Shown here in pieces: positions 9,057-20,065 of a stretch of 64,000 nucleotides of DNA. Every line of letters begins with the position of its first letter. The stretch's first letter is position 1. Location: positions 4,416 through 68,415 of the forward strand of contig JABIBU010000027.1 of assembly GCA_018652595.1 (NCBI GenBank). Direction: 5' to 3'. The stretch is from Candidatus Magasanikiibacteriota bacterium. GTDB lineage: Bacteria > Patescibacteriota > Patescibacteriia > Magasanikbacterales > UBA922. Position numbers and translations under genes: made by a program. The notes under the pieces are model-generated. The model worked only from the letters and a program-made list of their open reading frames with translations. It was not told where the DNA came from and did not search any database.

Positions 9057-10391
9057 TTAGATCGCTTCTCCCAATGGTTTAGGCTTCACACCAGTATCTT
9101 TCATAACAGCTTTTTCAAACATAATTGCACCAACTACAGTGACGAGAATTACAGCTAGAAGTGCGGCAGCGGCCATGGTTTCATCAAGTACATTATTGGA
9201 AATAGCAACTGCTACAAAGACTAATCCAACCTCACCACGAATAGCCATAGCAAGACCAACTTGATGACCTTCATGCCTGTCTTTGAATAAGTATTTTACA
9301 AGGTATTTACCAATTAAACCAAGAATAGTAAATACTATTGCCCAGGCCCAGGCTTTTGGATTCATAATAGCTTCACGAGAAAGCATAGTACCAATGCTGA
9401 CTAAAAATCCACCAACAAAGATGTGGATATACCCTTCAATCTTTTCCCATGTCTCGTGTTTAATTTCATTATCAACTTTTGATAGTACTACACCAATGCC
9501 AAATGCACCAAGAACAGGTTCCAGACCAACAACAGCGGCTAGAGTACCACCCAGCATAAGAGATCCAAAGAAGAATCTAGTATAAGGTCCGGTAGTATTG
9601 GAATAATGTTTGTCTAAATATTTTACAACTTTGTCCGCAATACCTGCGCTCCACATGGCGTAAGCACCACCAAAGAAAGCAATAACAGAAACACCAAGCC
9701 AGACAAGGCTCATAACATCAAGACCACCAGCTTCACCATGAGCACCTACGGCTCCAGCAGCGGATAATTTTGCAAGAACTGTCAAAACCAAAACACCTAA
9801 AATATCATCAATCACAGCAGCACCCACAATACGGTTTCCCATGTTGGTCTCAAGTTTGCCAGCTGCTTTCAAAGCCTCTACTGACAGACCAACTGATGTG
9901 GCAGTGAATATACCACCCAAGAAAATTGATGGTAACCACTCCAAACCAATAACATAGTGACCAAGTGCAGCAAATGATACTAAAGGAATAAGAACACCAC
10001 CAAGAGCTACAGCAGTGGCAATACCAATATTTTTCTTCAAAAGTTCTAGGTCAAAATGAAGACCAGCTTCAAACAAGATGAAAAGTACACCAGCAAGGCG
10101 AGCAATTTCTACACCACTTGCGTATGGATCAATAACTCCGATCAAAGCTGGACCAGCGATAATACCCATGACAATTTTTCCTGCCATTGGAGCAATACCA
10201 AACACTCTTGCTAAGCGTCCACCAAAAGAAGCAAACACAGCCAAGAAAGCAATGTCTAATAAAATAGGCATGATCGTGTTAATTTCGTGATGATGGCTAT
10301 GAAGTAATGCTCCGCGCAAATAGTGCAAAGCAGTTGCAGCCACAACTGTTTCTACTGCAACGAGTAGAATTGTCTTAAGTTTCTGTCCCAT
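9057..10391 (-). CDS. Cation:proton antiporter (CPA1/CPA2, Kef/NhaP-type Na+/H+ exchanger family)
   Basis: 444 aa, about 12 TM helices, Na_H_exchanger-like glycine-rich helices. Confidence 0.7.
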   Translation of the reverse strand: MGQKLKTILLVAVETVVAATALHYLRGALLHSHHHEINTIMPILLDIAFLAVFASFGGRLARVFGIAPMAGKIVMGIIAGPALIGVIDPYASGVEIARLAGVLFILFEAGLHFDLELLKKNIGIATAVALGGVLIPLVSFAALGHYVIGLEWLPSIFLGGIFTATSVGLSVEALKAAGKLETNMGNRIVGAAVIDDILGVLVLTVLAKLSAAGAVGAHGEAGGLDVMSLVWLGVSVIAFFGGAYAMWSAGIADKVVKYLDKHYSNTTGPYTRFFFGSLMLGGTLAAVVGLEPVLGAFGIGVVLSKVDNEIKHETWEKIEGYIHIFVGGFLVSIGTMLSREAIMNPKAWAWAIVFTILGLIGKYLVKYLFKDRHEGHQVGLAMAIRGEVGLVFVAVAISNNVLDETMAAAALLAVILVTVVGAIMFEKAVMKDTGVKPKPLGEAI

Positions 10392-10495
10392 ATGTATATG
10401 TGGATTATGAATTAATAGCTATGAGTTAAGAATTGAATAGCCAATATTATACTCTCGTTTTAGGGAAAAAACAAGGGTTTTTGTGGATAACATCC

Positions 10496-10526
10496 ACTAA
10501 TTCTAACACGAATCTACACGAATTTT
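10496..10526. repeat. Partial copy of family 1 repeat (AATTCTAACACGAATCTACACGAATTTTA)
   Basis: Shares the ACACGAAT / CTAAC core with copies at 1767, 11787, 22207 and 23269. Upstream of the antiporter start. Confidence 0.45.
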
Positions 10527-10563
10527 AAAGTTGTCGATTAGTGTTAAGATTGGTGGTTTATAA

Positions 10564-10636
10564 CAAAAAACTCACCAATCTCCTTGTTTATCTGCTAATT
10601 TACTTAGCAAGTAAACAAGTGCGGTGAGTTTTTTGT
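10564..10636. terminator. Long bidirectional terminator hairpin (AAAAAACTCACC...GGTGAGTTTTTT with nested stem)
   Basis: 12-bp outer stem flanked by A6/T6. Confidence 0.55.
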
Positions 10637-10679
10637 CCCTCGTTCGCAAGTGCCCTGTCTGTATTGAGGAAAAATTATG

Positions 10680-10931
10680 TCATCCATACTTGACATTGCT
10701 CACGATATCACTACAACAGGGGCCTGTGGGTCCGAATCTTACTCCGTCTATGTTTTGAGAACAATGACCCCATCTTTCACAGGGGTTAGAGAAATCCTGT
10801 GGATCGAAGTTTCGATTCTGGTTAGTCTCACCCAAAAACCACCACTTCAGAAATGTTCTGAAATCAAAACATTTCATGAGCTCTGGATATTTACCAGCGT
10901 ACCAGTTATACCTTCGTTGGTTTTCAGTCAT
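10680..10931 (-). CDS. Hypothetical 83-aa Trp/Cys-containing protein (second gene of SD-bearing two-gene cassette)
   Basis: Translationally coupled: the AAGGAGAG SD and ATGA overlap the end of the upstream gene. GC about 43%. Confidence 0.4.
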   Translation of the reverse strand: MTENQRRYNWYAGKYPELMKCFDFRTFLKWWFLGETNQNRNFDPQDFSNPCERWGHCSQNIDGVRFGPTGPCCSDIVSNVKYG

Positions 10932-11190
10932 CTTCGCTCTCCTTTTTGGATTGTTCTTTCAATCTAGCGAGTTCTTCAATTCTTTCTGCTCTCTTTTTCG
11001 GAGACATTTTTCCAGAACCGTCACAGGTATAACATTTTGTATACTCGGCCATTCTCCAGCCGCCTGTTTCATCAGTCCTCTGTCGTCCTTCTGAGGTCAT
11101 CACGATGCGCTCACCATGACAAACCATGCAGATATCACAAATTTGAATTTGTGAGCACTTTGAACATAATATTCCACGATAACACTCCAT
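10924..11190 (-). CDS. Hypothetical 88-aa zinc-ribbon protein (CxxC..CxxC plus DnaJ-type CxxCxGxG motif), first gene of cassette
   Basis: MECYRGILCSKCSQIQICDICMVC...KCYTCDGSGK. Preceded by the SD AAGGGAG. Bracketed by terminators at 10564 and 11271. Confidence 0.4.
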   Translation of the reverse strand: MECYRGILCSKCSQIQICDICMVCHGERIVMTSEGRQRTDETGGWRMAEYTKCYTCDGSGKMSPKKRAERIEELARLKEQSKKESEDD

Positions 11191-11270
11191 TGAAAACTCC
11201 CTTAGTTTACGACTTCAATAATGAAGTCAAATCGTGTTTGTAACTACTAGACTCAACCTAAGCATATCAT

Positions 11271-11301
11271 AAAAGCTCCCATCTGTCAATGAGAGCTTTT
11301 T
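11271..11301. terminator. Rho-independent terminator downstream of atpC
   Basis: AAAAGCTCCC-loop-GGAGCTTTT hairpin. Confidence 0.55.
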
Positions 11302-11318
11302 AAATGGCTTACTTAATT

Positions 11319-11747
11319 TTATTTTACATTCTTATATTTCTTCCCCACTTTAATCCTATTCATCTCCCTATCAATTACAGCTTGTAATTTTGCGAAATCA
11401 ATATTTTCTTCTGTCTTGGCTTTTTCTAATTCCTTTTCAGCACGTTTTCTAGCTTCCTCAGCTCGTTCTAGATCAATCTCTTCTGCTCTCTCAGCATTGT
11501 CAGCTAAAATTACAATTTCATTATTATCGCGCACTTCCAAAAAACCACCAGCGACGGCTAGGACATGTTCACCATCTTTGTCCGTAATCTTGATCTCACC
11601 AGCTTGTAATACAGAAACTAGTGGTATGTGATTTGGTAGAATTGTAACTTCACCAGAGGTTGTAGGGATAGAAGCTTGTTTTATTTCATCTTCGTATACA
11701 ACTTTCTCAGGTGTTGCTATCTTAAATTGTAGTATGTTGTCACTCAT
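11319..11747 (-). CDS. atpC: F1 ATP synthase epsilon subunit
   Basis: 142 aa. Last gene of the atp operon. Typical epsilon N-terminal beta-sandwich plus C-terminal helices. Confidence 0.8.
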   Translation of the reverse strand: MSDNILQFKIATPEKVVYEDEIKQASIPTTSGEVTILPNHIPLVSVLQAGEIKITDKDGEHVLAVAGGFLEVRDNNEIVILADNAERAEEIDLERAEEARKRAEKELEKAKTEENIDFAKLQAVIDREMNRIKVGKKYKNVK

Positions 11748-11786
11748 AAAAAATTAGTTCTGATTAGTTTAATCCGTTAAATCTCT

Positions 11787-11845
11787 GTATCTATAAACGT
11801 TAATAGATACACGAATTAAACTAATCTAACGAATATTAACGAATT

Positions 11846-11848
<3 letters not shown>
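11787..11848. repeat. Family 1 repeat copy between atpD and atpC (GTATCTATA-AACGTT-AATAGATACACGAATTAAACTAATCTAACGAATATTAACGAATTTT)
   Basis: Tight hairpin GTATCTATA/TAGATAC plus the conserved core. Abuts the atpD stop codon. Confidence 0.65.
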
Positions 11849-13219
<1,371 letters not shown>

Positions 13220-13243
13220 TTATTTATAAGTTTATTTTTTTAA

Positions 13244-14203
13244 TTACTCTAAAGCTGCGGCCCCACCAGCAATCTCAGCAATTTCTTGTGTGATAGCGGC
13301 TTGACGTGCTTTGTTAAATGTTAAATTTAGTTCTTTTATCATATCTTCTGCTGCATCAGATGCATTCCTCATGGCCATCATACGAGCACTGTGTTCACTG
13401 GCACTACTTTCTAATACTGCTTGATAGACCTGTGTCTCAACAAGTCGTGGTAGAATAGTTTCTAGCACTTCGCTTTTACTTGGTTCAAAAACATAGTCTG
13501 CGATTTCTTTCTTTTCTTCATTTTCTTTATCCTTTGCATCTTTGTCAGAACCCAACTCCCCAATCATTTTTTCTATATCTGTTTCCGAGACTGGTAAAAC
13601 CTGACGGAACTTTGCTACTTGTGCTATTGCAGATTTGAAATCAGTATAAGCTACTACTACTTTATCATAATTACCCTTCGTATATTCATCAATAATCATC
13701 TGAGAGATCGGCATTATAGCATCTAGCTTTGGTGTGTCGGAAAACTCACTGTATGATGCAATCAGATTATAGTTATTTTTCTTAGCAAAATCAGCGCCTT
13801 TTTTCCCAATTCCGATTACATCAATCTCTACTTCTTCACTTGCTTCCATATCACCCATTTCAGTACGTTGACGACTAATGTTTTTTGGATCTTTTAATTG
13901 TGCGGAAGTCTTTCTAATAATATTAGAATTAAAACTACCACAAAGACCTCGATTTGATGTGATTAGAACTACTAATAATTTCTTTACTGGACGCACATCT
14001 AATAGAGGTAATTTTTCTTTTTGTACTTTTGAAAGACTTACAAGCAAATCCCAAGCCATCGTAGCATAAGTACGAGTATTCAAGGCTGCTTCTGTTGCTT
14101 TTCTCATCTTTGCAGCGGCCACCATTTCCATAGCTTTGGTAATCTTTTTTGTATTACCAACGGATTTGATTCTAGATTTTATTGCTTTGGTATTGACTCC
14201 CAT
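13244..14203 (-). CDS. atpG: F1 ATP synthase gamma subunit
   Basis: 319 aa. Conserved N- and C-terminal gamma helices (…ITQEIAEIAGGAAALE), with an acidic insertion. Confidence 0.85.
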   Translation of the reverse strand: MGVNTKAIKSRIKSVGNTKKITKAMEMVAAAKMRKATEAALNTRTYATMAWDLLVSLSKVQKEKLPLLDVRPVKKLLVVLITSNRGLCGSFNSNIIRKTSAQLKDPKNISRQRTEMGDMEASEEVEIDVIGIGKKGADFAKKNNYNLIASYSEFSDTPKLDAIMPISQMIIDEYTKGNYDKVVVAYTDFKSAIAQVAKFRQVLPVSETDIEKMIGELGSDKDAKDKENEEKKEIADYVFEPSKSEVLETILPRLVETQVYQAVLESSASEHSARMMAMRNASDAAEDMIKELNLTFNKARQAAITQEIAEIAGGAAALE

Positions 14204-14205
14204 AA

Positions 14206-15690
14206 TTATTTTTTAAATTCACTACAGGCATCAGCTAATTCTTTCTCAATTTTTTCATCCCATTCCCCTGCTGTTAACTTATCTAGTAAAGTTCGTTTTG
14301 ATTTGTTCATGAATTCAATAAGTTTAATCTCAGTAGCTGATACATCTTTTACTTCTACATCATCAAATACACCGTTGTTTACAGCATAGATAACAGCAAC
14401 TTGGTTTTCTACTGCCATTGGAGTGTATTGAGGTTGTTTCATGATTTCTGTAATTCTATACCCTCTTTCAATTTGTTTTCTAGTATCTTCGTCAAGGTCA
14501 CTAGCAAACTGGGCAAAAGCTTCTAATTCGCGGAACTGTGCCATGTCTAGCTTGGTTTTACCAGCTACTTTTTTCATTGGTTTGATCTGAGCAGCTCCAC
14601 CCACACGGGATACTGAAAGACCAATACCAATAGCTGGACGAATACCTTTGTAAAATAAATCTGTTTCCAAGAAAATCTGACCATCAGTAATAGAAATTAC
14701 GTTTGTTGGAATATATGCAGTCAAATCCCCTGCTTGAGTCTCAATAATTGGCAACGCTGTGATAGAACCGCCACCAGCTTCTTCACTAAGCTTACAAGCG
14801 CGTTCCAAAAGACGTGAATGTAGATAAAACACATCACCTGGATAAGCTTCACGTCCTGGTGGACGACGAAGTAAAAGTGAAATTTCACGATAAGCCCAAG
14901 CTTGCTTAGTCAAATCATCATATACTACTAAAACATCTTCGCCTTTGTCAGCAAAATACTCCGCAATAGACACACCAGCATATGGAGCAATAAATGACAT
15001 GGAAGCTGCGTCTGATGCGCCAGCTACGACTACAGTTGTGTATTCCATAGCACCAGTTTCTTCTAGTTTGGCTACGATACGAGCAACTTTGGATTCTTTT
15101 TGACCAACCGCTACATAGACACACTTCATGTTCTGGCCTTTTTGGTTGATAATAGCATCAATTGCAATTGCAGTCTTACCAGTCTGTCTGTCACCAATAA
15201 TAAGCTCACGTTGACCACGACCAATAGGGATCATAGCATCAACAGATTTAATACCAGTTTGCACAGGTTCGTGCACTGGATGACGTTTCATTACGCCAGG
15301 AGCAATCTTTTCTACTGGATAGAATTGTTTAGTCTTAATCTCGCCTTTACCATCAATTTCTTGACCAAGAGCATTTACTACACGACCAATCATTTGCTCT
15401 CCAACAGGAACAGATAAAATACGACCAGTACGCTTCACTGTATCGCCTTCTTTAATTCCTTTATATTCACCCAAGATCATAGCACCAACAGTCTCTTCTT
15501 CTAGATTCAAAGCCACGCCCATGATTCCACCTGTGAATTCAAGCATCTCTTGAGCCTGGCAATTATTTAGACCACTCATACGAGCAATACCATCACCAAC
15601 TTCGATAACAGTACCAACTTCTTCCACTTCGACTGACTTTTCAAAATCAGCAATATGCTTCTTTAGTTGTTCAACAATAGTATTAGACAT
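14206..15690 (-). CDS. atpA: F1 ATP synthase alpha subunit
   Basis: 494 aa. Walker A GDRQTGKT. Confidence 0.95.
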   Translation of the reverse strand: MSNTIVEQLKKHIADFEKSVEVEEVGTVIEVGDGIARMSGLNNCQAQEMLEFTGGIMGVALNLEEETVGAMILGEYKGIKEGDTVKRTGRILSVPVGEQMIGRVVNALGQEIDGKGEIKTKQFYPVEKIAPGVMKRHPVHEPVQTGIKSVDAMIPIGRGQRELIIGDRQTGKTAIAIDAIINQKGQNMKCVYVAVGQKESKVARIVAKLEETGAMEYTTVVVAGASDAASMSFIAPYAGVSIAEYFADKGEDVLVVYDDLTKQAWAYREISLLLRRPPGREAYPGDVFYLHSRLLERACKLSEEAGGGSITALPIIETQAGDLTAYIPTNVISITDGQIFLETDLFYKGIRPAIGIGLSVSRVGGAAQIKPMKKVAGKTKLDMAQFRELEAFAQFASDLDEDTRKQIERGYRITEIMKQPQYTPMAVENQVAVIYAVNNGVFDDVEVKDVSATEIKLIEFMNKSKRTLLDKLTAGEWDEKIEKELADACSEFKK

Positions 15691-15696
15691 AATTTT

Positions 15697-16086
15697 TTAA
15701 TTACTTAATTTTAGTTTTAATTTATTTAATTGAGTTTTTAGACTTCCATCCAAAATCTTATCTTCTGTTTTTACTGTGATTCCACCCAGCAATTCCTCAT
15801 CTACCTCTTCACTTGCTTCCACTTTATCACCAAATACTTTCTTTATGCCATCCATGGTTGTGCTATCTAGTTTTTTTGCAGATTTTATCTCAATCCCAAC
15901 TATGCCTTCTGCTTTTTTAGAAATACTCTCAAACTCAGCTATAATATTTCCAATTTGTTTTAATTTTTGTTTCTTTGCAAGCAAGTCAACGAATCTTTGT
16001 AAAGCACCGTCAAGATCAGCGCCAGATAATTTTTCTGTTGCTTCAAAAAGCGCTTGGGCTATTTGTTTGTTTGTTAATTTTGCCAT
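15697..16086 (-). CDS. atpH: F1 ATP synthase delta subunit (short)
   Basis: 129 aa. Operon position between atpF and atpA. OSCP-like. Confidence 0.7.
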   Translation of the reverse strand: MAKLTNKQIAQALFEATEKLSGADLDGALQRFVDLLAKKQKLKQIGNIIAEFESISKKAEGIVGIEIKSAKKLDSTTMDGIKKVFGDKVEASEEVDEELLGGITVKTEDKILDGSLKTQLNKLKLKLSN

Positions 16087-16088
16087 AT

Positions 16089-16679
16089 TTATTTACCAAG
16101 TTTTGAAATAGTCCCTTTTATTAGCTCCGCATCTTTTTTATCATCCAATTTTTCTTCCAAAATCTTTTCTACAGCAGCCACTACCAAATTTGCAGTCTCT
16201 TCTCTTAGCTCAGTCATCATTTCTTCTTTTTCAATCTTTATATTACGCTTGGCCTGGTCTACTACTAGTTCAATTTCTTTTTGAGCTTTTTCTTTCATCT
16301 TTTCAGTCAATTCAACACCTTCTTCTTGAACCTTAGATATTACCTTGCTTGCTTCAGACTTTGCATCGTCAATTCTTTCTTGAAATTTTATCTCAGCCAT
16401 TTGCAGGTTGGAATCAACTTCTTTGGCTTTATCAAGACTTTCGTCAATAAGCTTTTTACGCTCTTCTAAAGTCTTGGTAAGTGGCTTTAGAATTAAAAAC
16501 CAAATAATCACTGCTACTATTGCAAAATTCAAAAGCTGAAAAGCAAAGAGTTGTCCATTCAAACCTAGAGACGCTGCAACACTCTCATCACCAGTAGAAG
16601 CACCATGAGTGTCTACGACTTCTTCGTGAGTTTCTACTGCAGTTTCTTCAATATGTGTATTTTCTACTTCGTTTGACAT
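16089..16679 (-). CDS. atpF: Fo ATP synthase b subunit with acidic N-terminal extension
   Basis: 196 aa. Single TM helix plus a long coiled coil. Confidence 0.75.
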   Translation of the reverse strand: MSNEVENTHIEETAVETHEEVVDTHGASTGDESVAASLGLNGQLFAFQLLNFAIVAVIIWFLILKPLTKTLEERKKLIDESLDKAKEVDSNLQMAEIKFQERIDDAKSEASKVISKVQEEGVELTEKMKEKAQKEIELVVDQAKRNIKIEKEEMMTELREETANLVVAAVEKILEEKLDDKKDAELIKGTISKLGK

Positions 16680-16742
16680 ACTATTTATATATTAAAATAT
16701 TTCAATTGAGCTAGACCTAACAAAGATCTAGCATGAATTGAT

Positions 16743-17117
<375 letters not shown>

Positions 17118-17906
17118 TTAGTGTTCCTCTGCACCATGTGGCGCACTACTGGCCACAGTCATATATACTATTGTAAGCATGGCAAATACAGCAGCTTGAA
17201 TCAATCCGACTAGCAATTCCAATAACATAAAAGGAGTTGGGACAAATGCAGCAATTAAGGCTGATATAACAGAGATTAAGACTTCACCAGCAAATACATT
17301 ACCAAACAGCCTTAGAGATAGTGATAGTACTTTTGCAATTTCTGATACTATTTCGATCAAGCCTACACCAAATTCAATAACAGCACTAAACACAGCAATG
17401 GGTCCTTTTTTAAAACTTAGAATCAGATTTTTTATTTGTACAAACTTTCCTAAATGTGTAAATATACCTACAGCAGCAAAAGCATATATATGGGAAGCAA
17501 TAACAGAGACAAGTGCCATCGCTACAGTCAAATTCAAATCAGTGTTAGCCGGTCTCAAAACCATAGTATGACCATTTGTGATACTTCCAGTACCAGGCAA
17601 TAGTCCTAGCCAATTTGATAACAAAACAAAGAAAAATATTGAACCAACTACTGGTAAAAATTTTATAGTCTTCTTTCTACTGCCAGTGACCTGGTCAAAG
17701 TAGCCCAATACAGACTCCAAGAAAAATTCACAAGTGTTTTGCAACTTTCCTGGACGCAGTTTCACACTTCTTTTTACAGCTATCCCGAGAATCAAAAAAA
17801 TGATTATCGCAAGCCACGCATTAATCATTGTATTGGTAATATTAATATTGCCGATTTGTGTTACGACTTCTGGTGCCAGTGTTGGAATGTGAATTTCTCC
17901 AGCCAT
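17118..17906 (-). CDS. atpB: Fo ATP synthase a subunit
   Basis: 262 aa, 5-6 TM helices. A conserved Arg is present in the penultimate helix (LSLRLFGNVFAGE). Confidence 0.85.
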   Translation of the reverse strand: MAGEIHIPTLAPEVVTQIGNINITNTMINAWLAIIIFLILGIAVKRSVKLRPGKLQNTCEFFLESVLGYFDQVTGSRKKTIKFLPVVGSIFFFVLLSNWLGLLPGTGSITNGHTMVLRPANTDLNLTVAMALVSVIASHIYAFAAVGIFTHLGKFVQIKNLILSFKKGPIAVFSAVIEFGVGLIEIVSEIAKVLSLSLRLFGNVFAGEVLISVISALIAAFVPTPFMLLELLVGLIQAAVFAMLTIVYMTVASSAPHGAEEH

Positions 17907-17921
17907 ATTAATATTAAATCT

Positions 17922-18179
17922 TTATTTTTTATCTAAATTATTATATTCTTCACCATATTGCTTGGATTTTCTATAGATCATTTTTGCAGAAACTAGAGCA
18001 GCCAAAATGAAGGCAATAACAGTAAAAAGCGGTGTTTTTTCGTATCTTCCATCCAACCACTGCCCTATCAGAACAAAGACTATTACAGGCACAGCAATAG
18101 ATGCGCCAAAATCCCCTACAATACGTAAACCCATTAGTATATACTTCCTATCTGGGGAGTCTGGGGGTAAAAGTGACAT
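17922..18179 (-). CDS. AtpZ/AtpI-like small membrane protein preceding the atp operon
   Basis: 85 aa, 2 TM helices. Position is immediately upstream of atpB. Confidence 0.5.
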   Translation of the reverse strand: MSLLPPDSPDRKYILMGLRIVGDFGASIAVPVIVFVLIGQWLDGRYEKTPLFTVIAFILAALVSAKMIYRKSKQYGEEYNNLDKK

Positions 18180-18354
18180 ATTTTTTACTAAAAAAGCCTT
18201 TTAATAGAGCGACCATATTTTACTATAATTTTCAAACTAAGTCAACAGTGTTTTAAAATTGGCTTGTTAATAAGTTATTCTGTACTTAAAACTTGATTTT
18301 ATCTTTAAAAAAGTGTATCATTATATGATTCAAATTCGATAGGAGGGGTACAAC

Positions 18355-18474
18355 ATGAAGATTTTGGATAAGGCAGTTACCGAGGTGGCAAGCACTGTAT
18401 TTATGATTGCAGTAATCGCAGTGGTAGTAATTCCTCAGATGGTTCAAAAAAAGCGAGGGAATTTGTCTCAATGA
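18355..18474 (+). CDS. 39-aa hydrophobic peptide with basic C-terminus (type I toxin-like), strong SD AGGAGGGG
   Basis: Manual translation: MKILDKAVTEVASTVFMIAVIAVVVIPQMVQKKRGNLSQ. Upstream TTGATT-17-TATCAT promoter-like sequence. Structured GC-rich 3' region ending in a terminator. Not in the track (<60 aa). Confidence 0.4.
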   Translation: MKILDKAVTEVASTVFMIAVIAVVVIPQMVQKKRGNLSQ

Positions 18475-18563
18475 GAGACTGAGATATTCCTCCTGGATAG
18501 ACTGTCAATCGTTCTGCACAAGGGAGAATAAAATCTCCCAAGAGTGGACGACTTAACCTAGTA

Positions 18564-18607
18564 GGGGCTCGAGACGAAAGTCCGAGCCCCGAGGAGATTT
18601 TCTTATT
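18564..18607 (+). terminator. Rho-independent terminator (GGGGCTCG-loop-CGAGCCCC + U-rich tail)
   Basis: 8-bp GC stem at 18564-18590 followed by GAGGAGATTTTCTTATT. Confidence 0.5.
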
Positions 18608-19439
18608 ATATAATTTTCGTAAATAACCTCTTTGCATTTTCAACTGTAACATCTCTAACTTCTTCTTCTGTAAGTACTTTTATCTCCGCAATTTTCTTGG
18701 CAACTTCCTCTACCATCCACGGCTCGCAACGCTCTCCACGATATTTTTGTGGAGCTAGGTATGGTGCATCAGTTTCAATCAGTATTCTGTCCAATGGGCA
18801 GTTTTTTATTACCTCTAAGAGCTGTTCTTGAGGTTTTGGGCTGGTTTTCTTGGCTGGGAAGGTCGCAATACCAGTAAAACCCAAATAAAGTCCTAAATCA
18901 AGGAATTTTTGAGCATTTTGCCAGTTTCCAGTATAACAGTGCACTACACCTTTTGTTTCCGGATCCAGTACTTCAAGTATTTCCTTATAAGCATCTCTCA
19001 CATGAATAACAAGGGGTAGATTATGCTTTTTGGCAAAATCGGCTTGCTTTATAAAAATTTCTTTTTGTTTTTTCAATACTTCTTCCAAGCTTTTATCTTT
19101 TGGTAAGTGAAATAAATCTATGCCACACTCCCCCACTGCGATTACTTTTTCTGACTTAGCAAGTTCACCATAATATTCCTCATCAAAATCTTCTTCGCGT
19201 GAAATAAAGCTAGACTCTTCTTCATCTACATGCGTTGGAAAAAGATGAATAGGATGCAAACCAATCGTCGCATAAATATTATCATACTTCTCAGCAAAAT
19301 CTACTGCTTTTTTACTAGTCTCTTTTTGTGTGCCAACAGTATTTAATATAGTATTTTTTTCAATACAACGCTTGATTACTTCATCATAATCATCTTTGTA
19401 AGCATTGAATTGGATATGACAGTGGGAGTCTATTAACAT
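18606..19439 (-). CDS. tatD: TatD-family metal-dependent DNase/hydrolase
   Basis: 277 aa. MLIDSHCHIQF… His-rich TIM-barrel motifs. Confidence 0.85.
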   Translation of the reverse strand: MLIDSHCHIQFNAYKDDYDEVIKRCIEKNTILNTVGTQKETSKKAVDFAEKYDNIYATIGLHPIHLFPTHVDEEESSFISREEDFDEEYYGELAKSEKVIAVGECGIDLFHLPKDKSLEEVLKKQKEIFIKQADFAKKHNLPLVIHVRDAYKEILEVLDPETKGVVHCYTGNWQNAQKFLDLGLYLGFTGIATFPAKKTSPKPQEQLLEVIKNCPLDRILIETDAPYLAPQKYRGERCEPWMVEEVAKKIAEIKVLTEEEVRDVTVENAKRLFTKII

Positions 19440-19448
19440 ATTTGTATA

Positions 19449-19478
19449 TTGACTTTTTTTAAATTTATGACTATTATA
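19449..19478 (+). promoter_or_regulatory. Sigma70-type promoter TTGACT-17-TATTAT for island B gene
   Basis: -35 at 19449-19454, -10 at 19472-19477. SD GGAGGGGG lies 5 nt before the ATG at 19531. Confidence 0.45.
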
Positions 19479-19530
19479 CTACATCGGCAAAAACAGCGCC
19501 ACTTTGATGGCGTGCAATTGGAGGGGGTAG

Positions 19531-19974
19531 ATGCGTATTCGAGAATGGATTGAGAGACATGCAACCTCAGCATGGCACGAGGATGTTTGGGAAAATCCCA
19601 CCAAGATGGGCTTATACGTGCACCTGCGCTGGTGTGTGTTCGAGCCGGGAATGGCCCACATCAAGGAAGGGTCTGTGATTCTCATGGTTGTGGTCGAACC
19701 GGGTGGAGCGATTACACGCTACACACACGAGAACCGCAACAGCTGCAACTTCGCCATGGCTTGGCTGGAACGAAAGCTGGCAAGGCAGTTTGGCAACTGG
19801 GATCACGACAACGGTATGCCCAAAAGAGTTCAGCTGATGGCGGCCAGGAAGGAGGAGCAGCACATTCCTGTGACCTTCCTGATCATGAAGAAGGGGCGCG
19901 ATCTGATTCCCAGTGTTAGCTATCCAAACAGACCAGACCACCCGGAGGACAGAATCGCCAATCTCGTCATCTAG
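19531..19974 (+). CDS. Hypothetical 147-aa protein, GC-rich island B
   Basis: GC about 55%. Strong SD. Own promoter and terminator. No recognisable family. Confidence 0.5.
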   Translation: MRIREWIERHATSAWHEDVWENPTKMGLYVHLRWCVFEPGMAHIKEGSVILMVVVEPGGAITRYTHENRNSCNFAMAWLERKLARQFGNWDHDNGMPKRVQLMAARKEEQHIPVTFLIMKKGRDLIPSVSYPNRPDHPEDRIANLVI

Positions 19975-20028
19975 CGTAGGAGGGACCAAAAAAGGCGGAG
20001 GAGGCCGCCTATTGTTCATTGTTGGAGG

Positions 20029-20061
20029 AAGACCCTACGTAAAGTGGGGTCTTCTGTTTTA
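20029..20061 (+). terminator. Rho-independent terminator (GAAGACCC-loop-GGGTCTTC-TGTTTTAT)
   Basis: Perfect 8-bp stem plus a U tract. A second hairpin GGCGGAGGAGGCCGCC precedes it. Confidence 0.6.
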
Positions 20062-20065
20062 TAGA

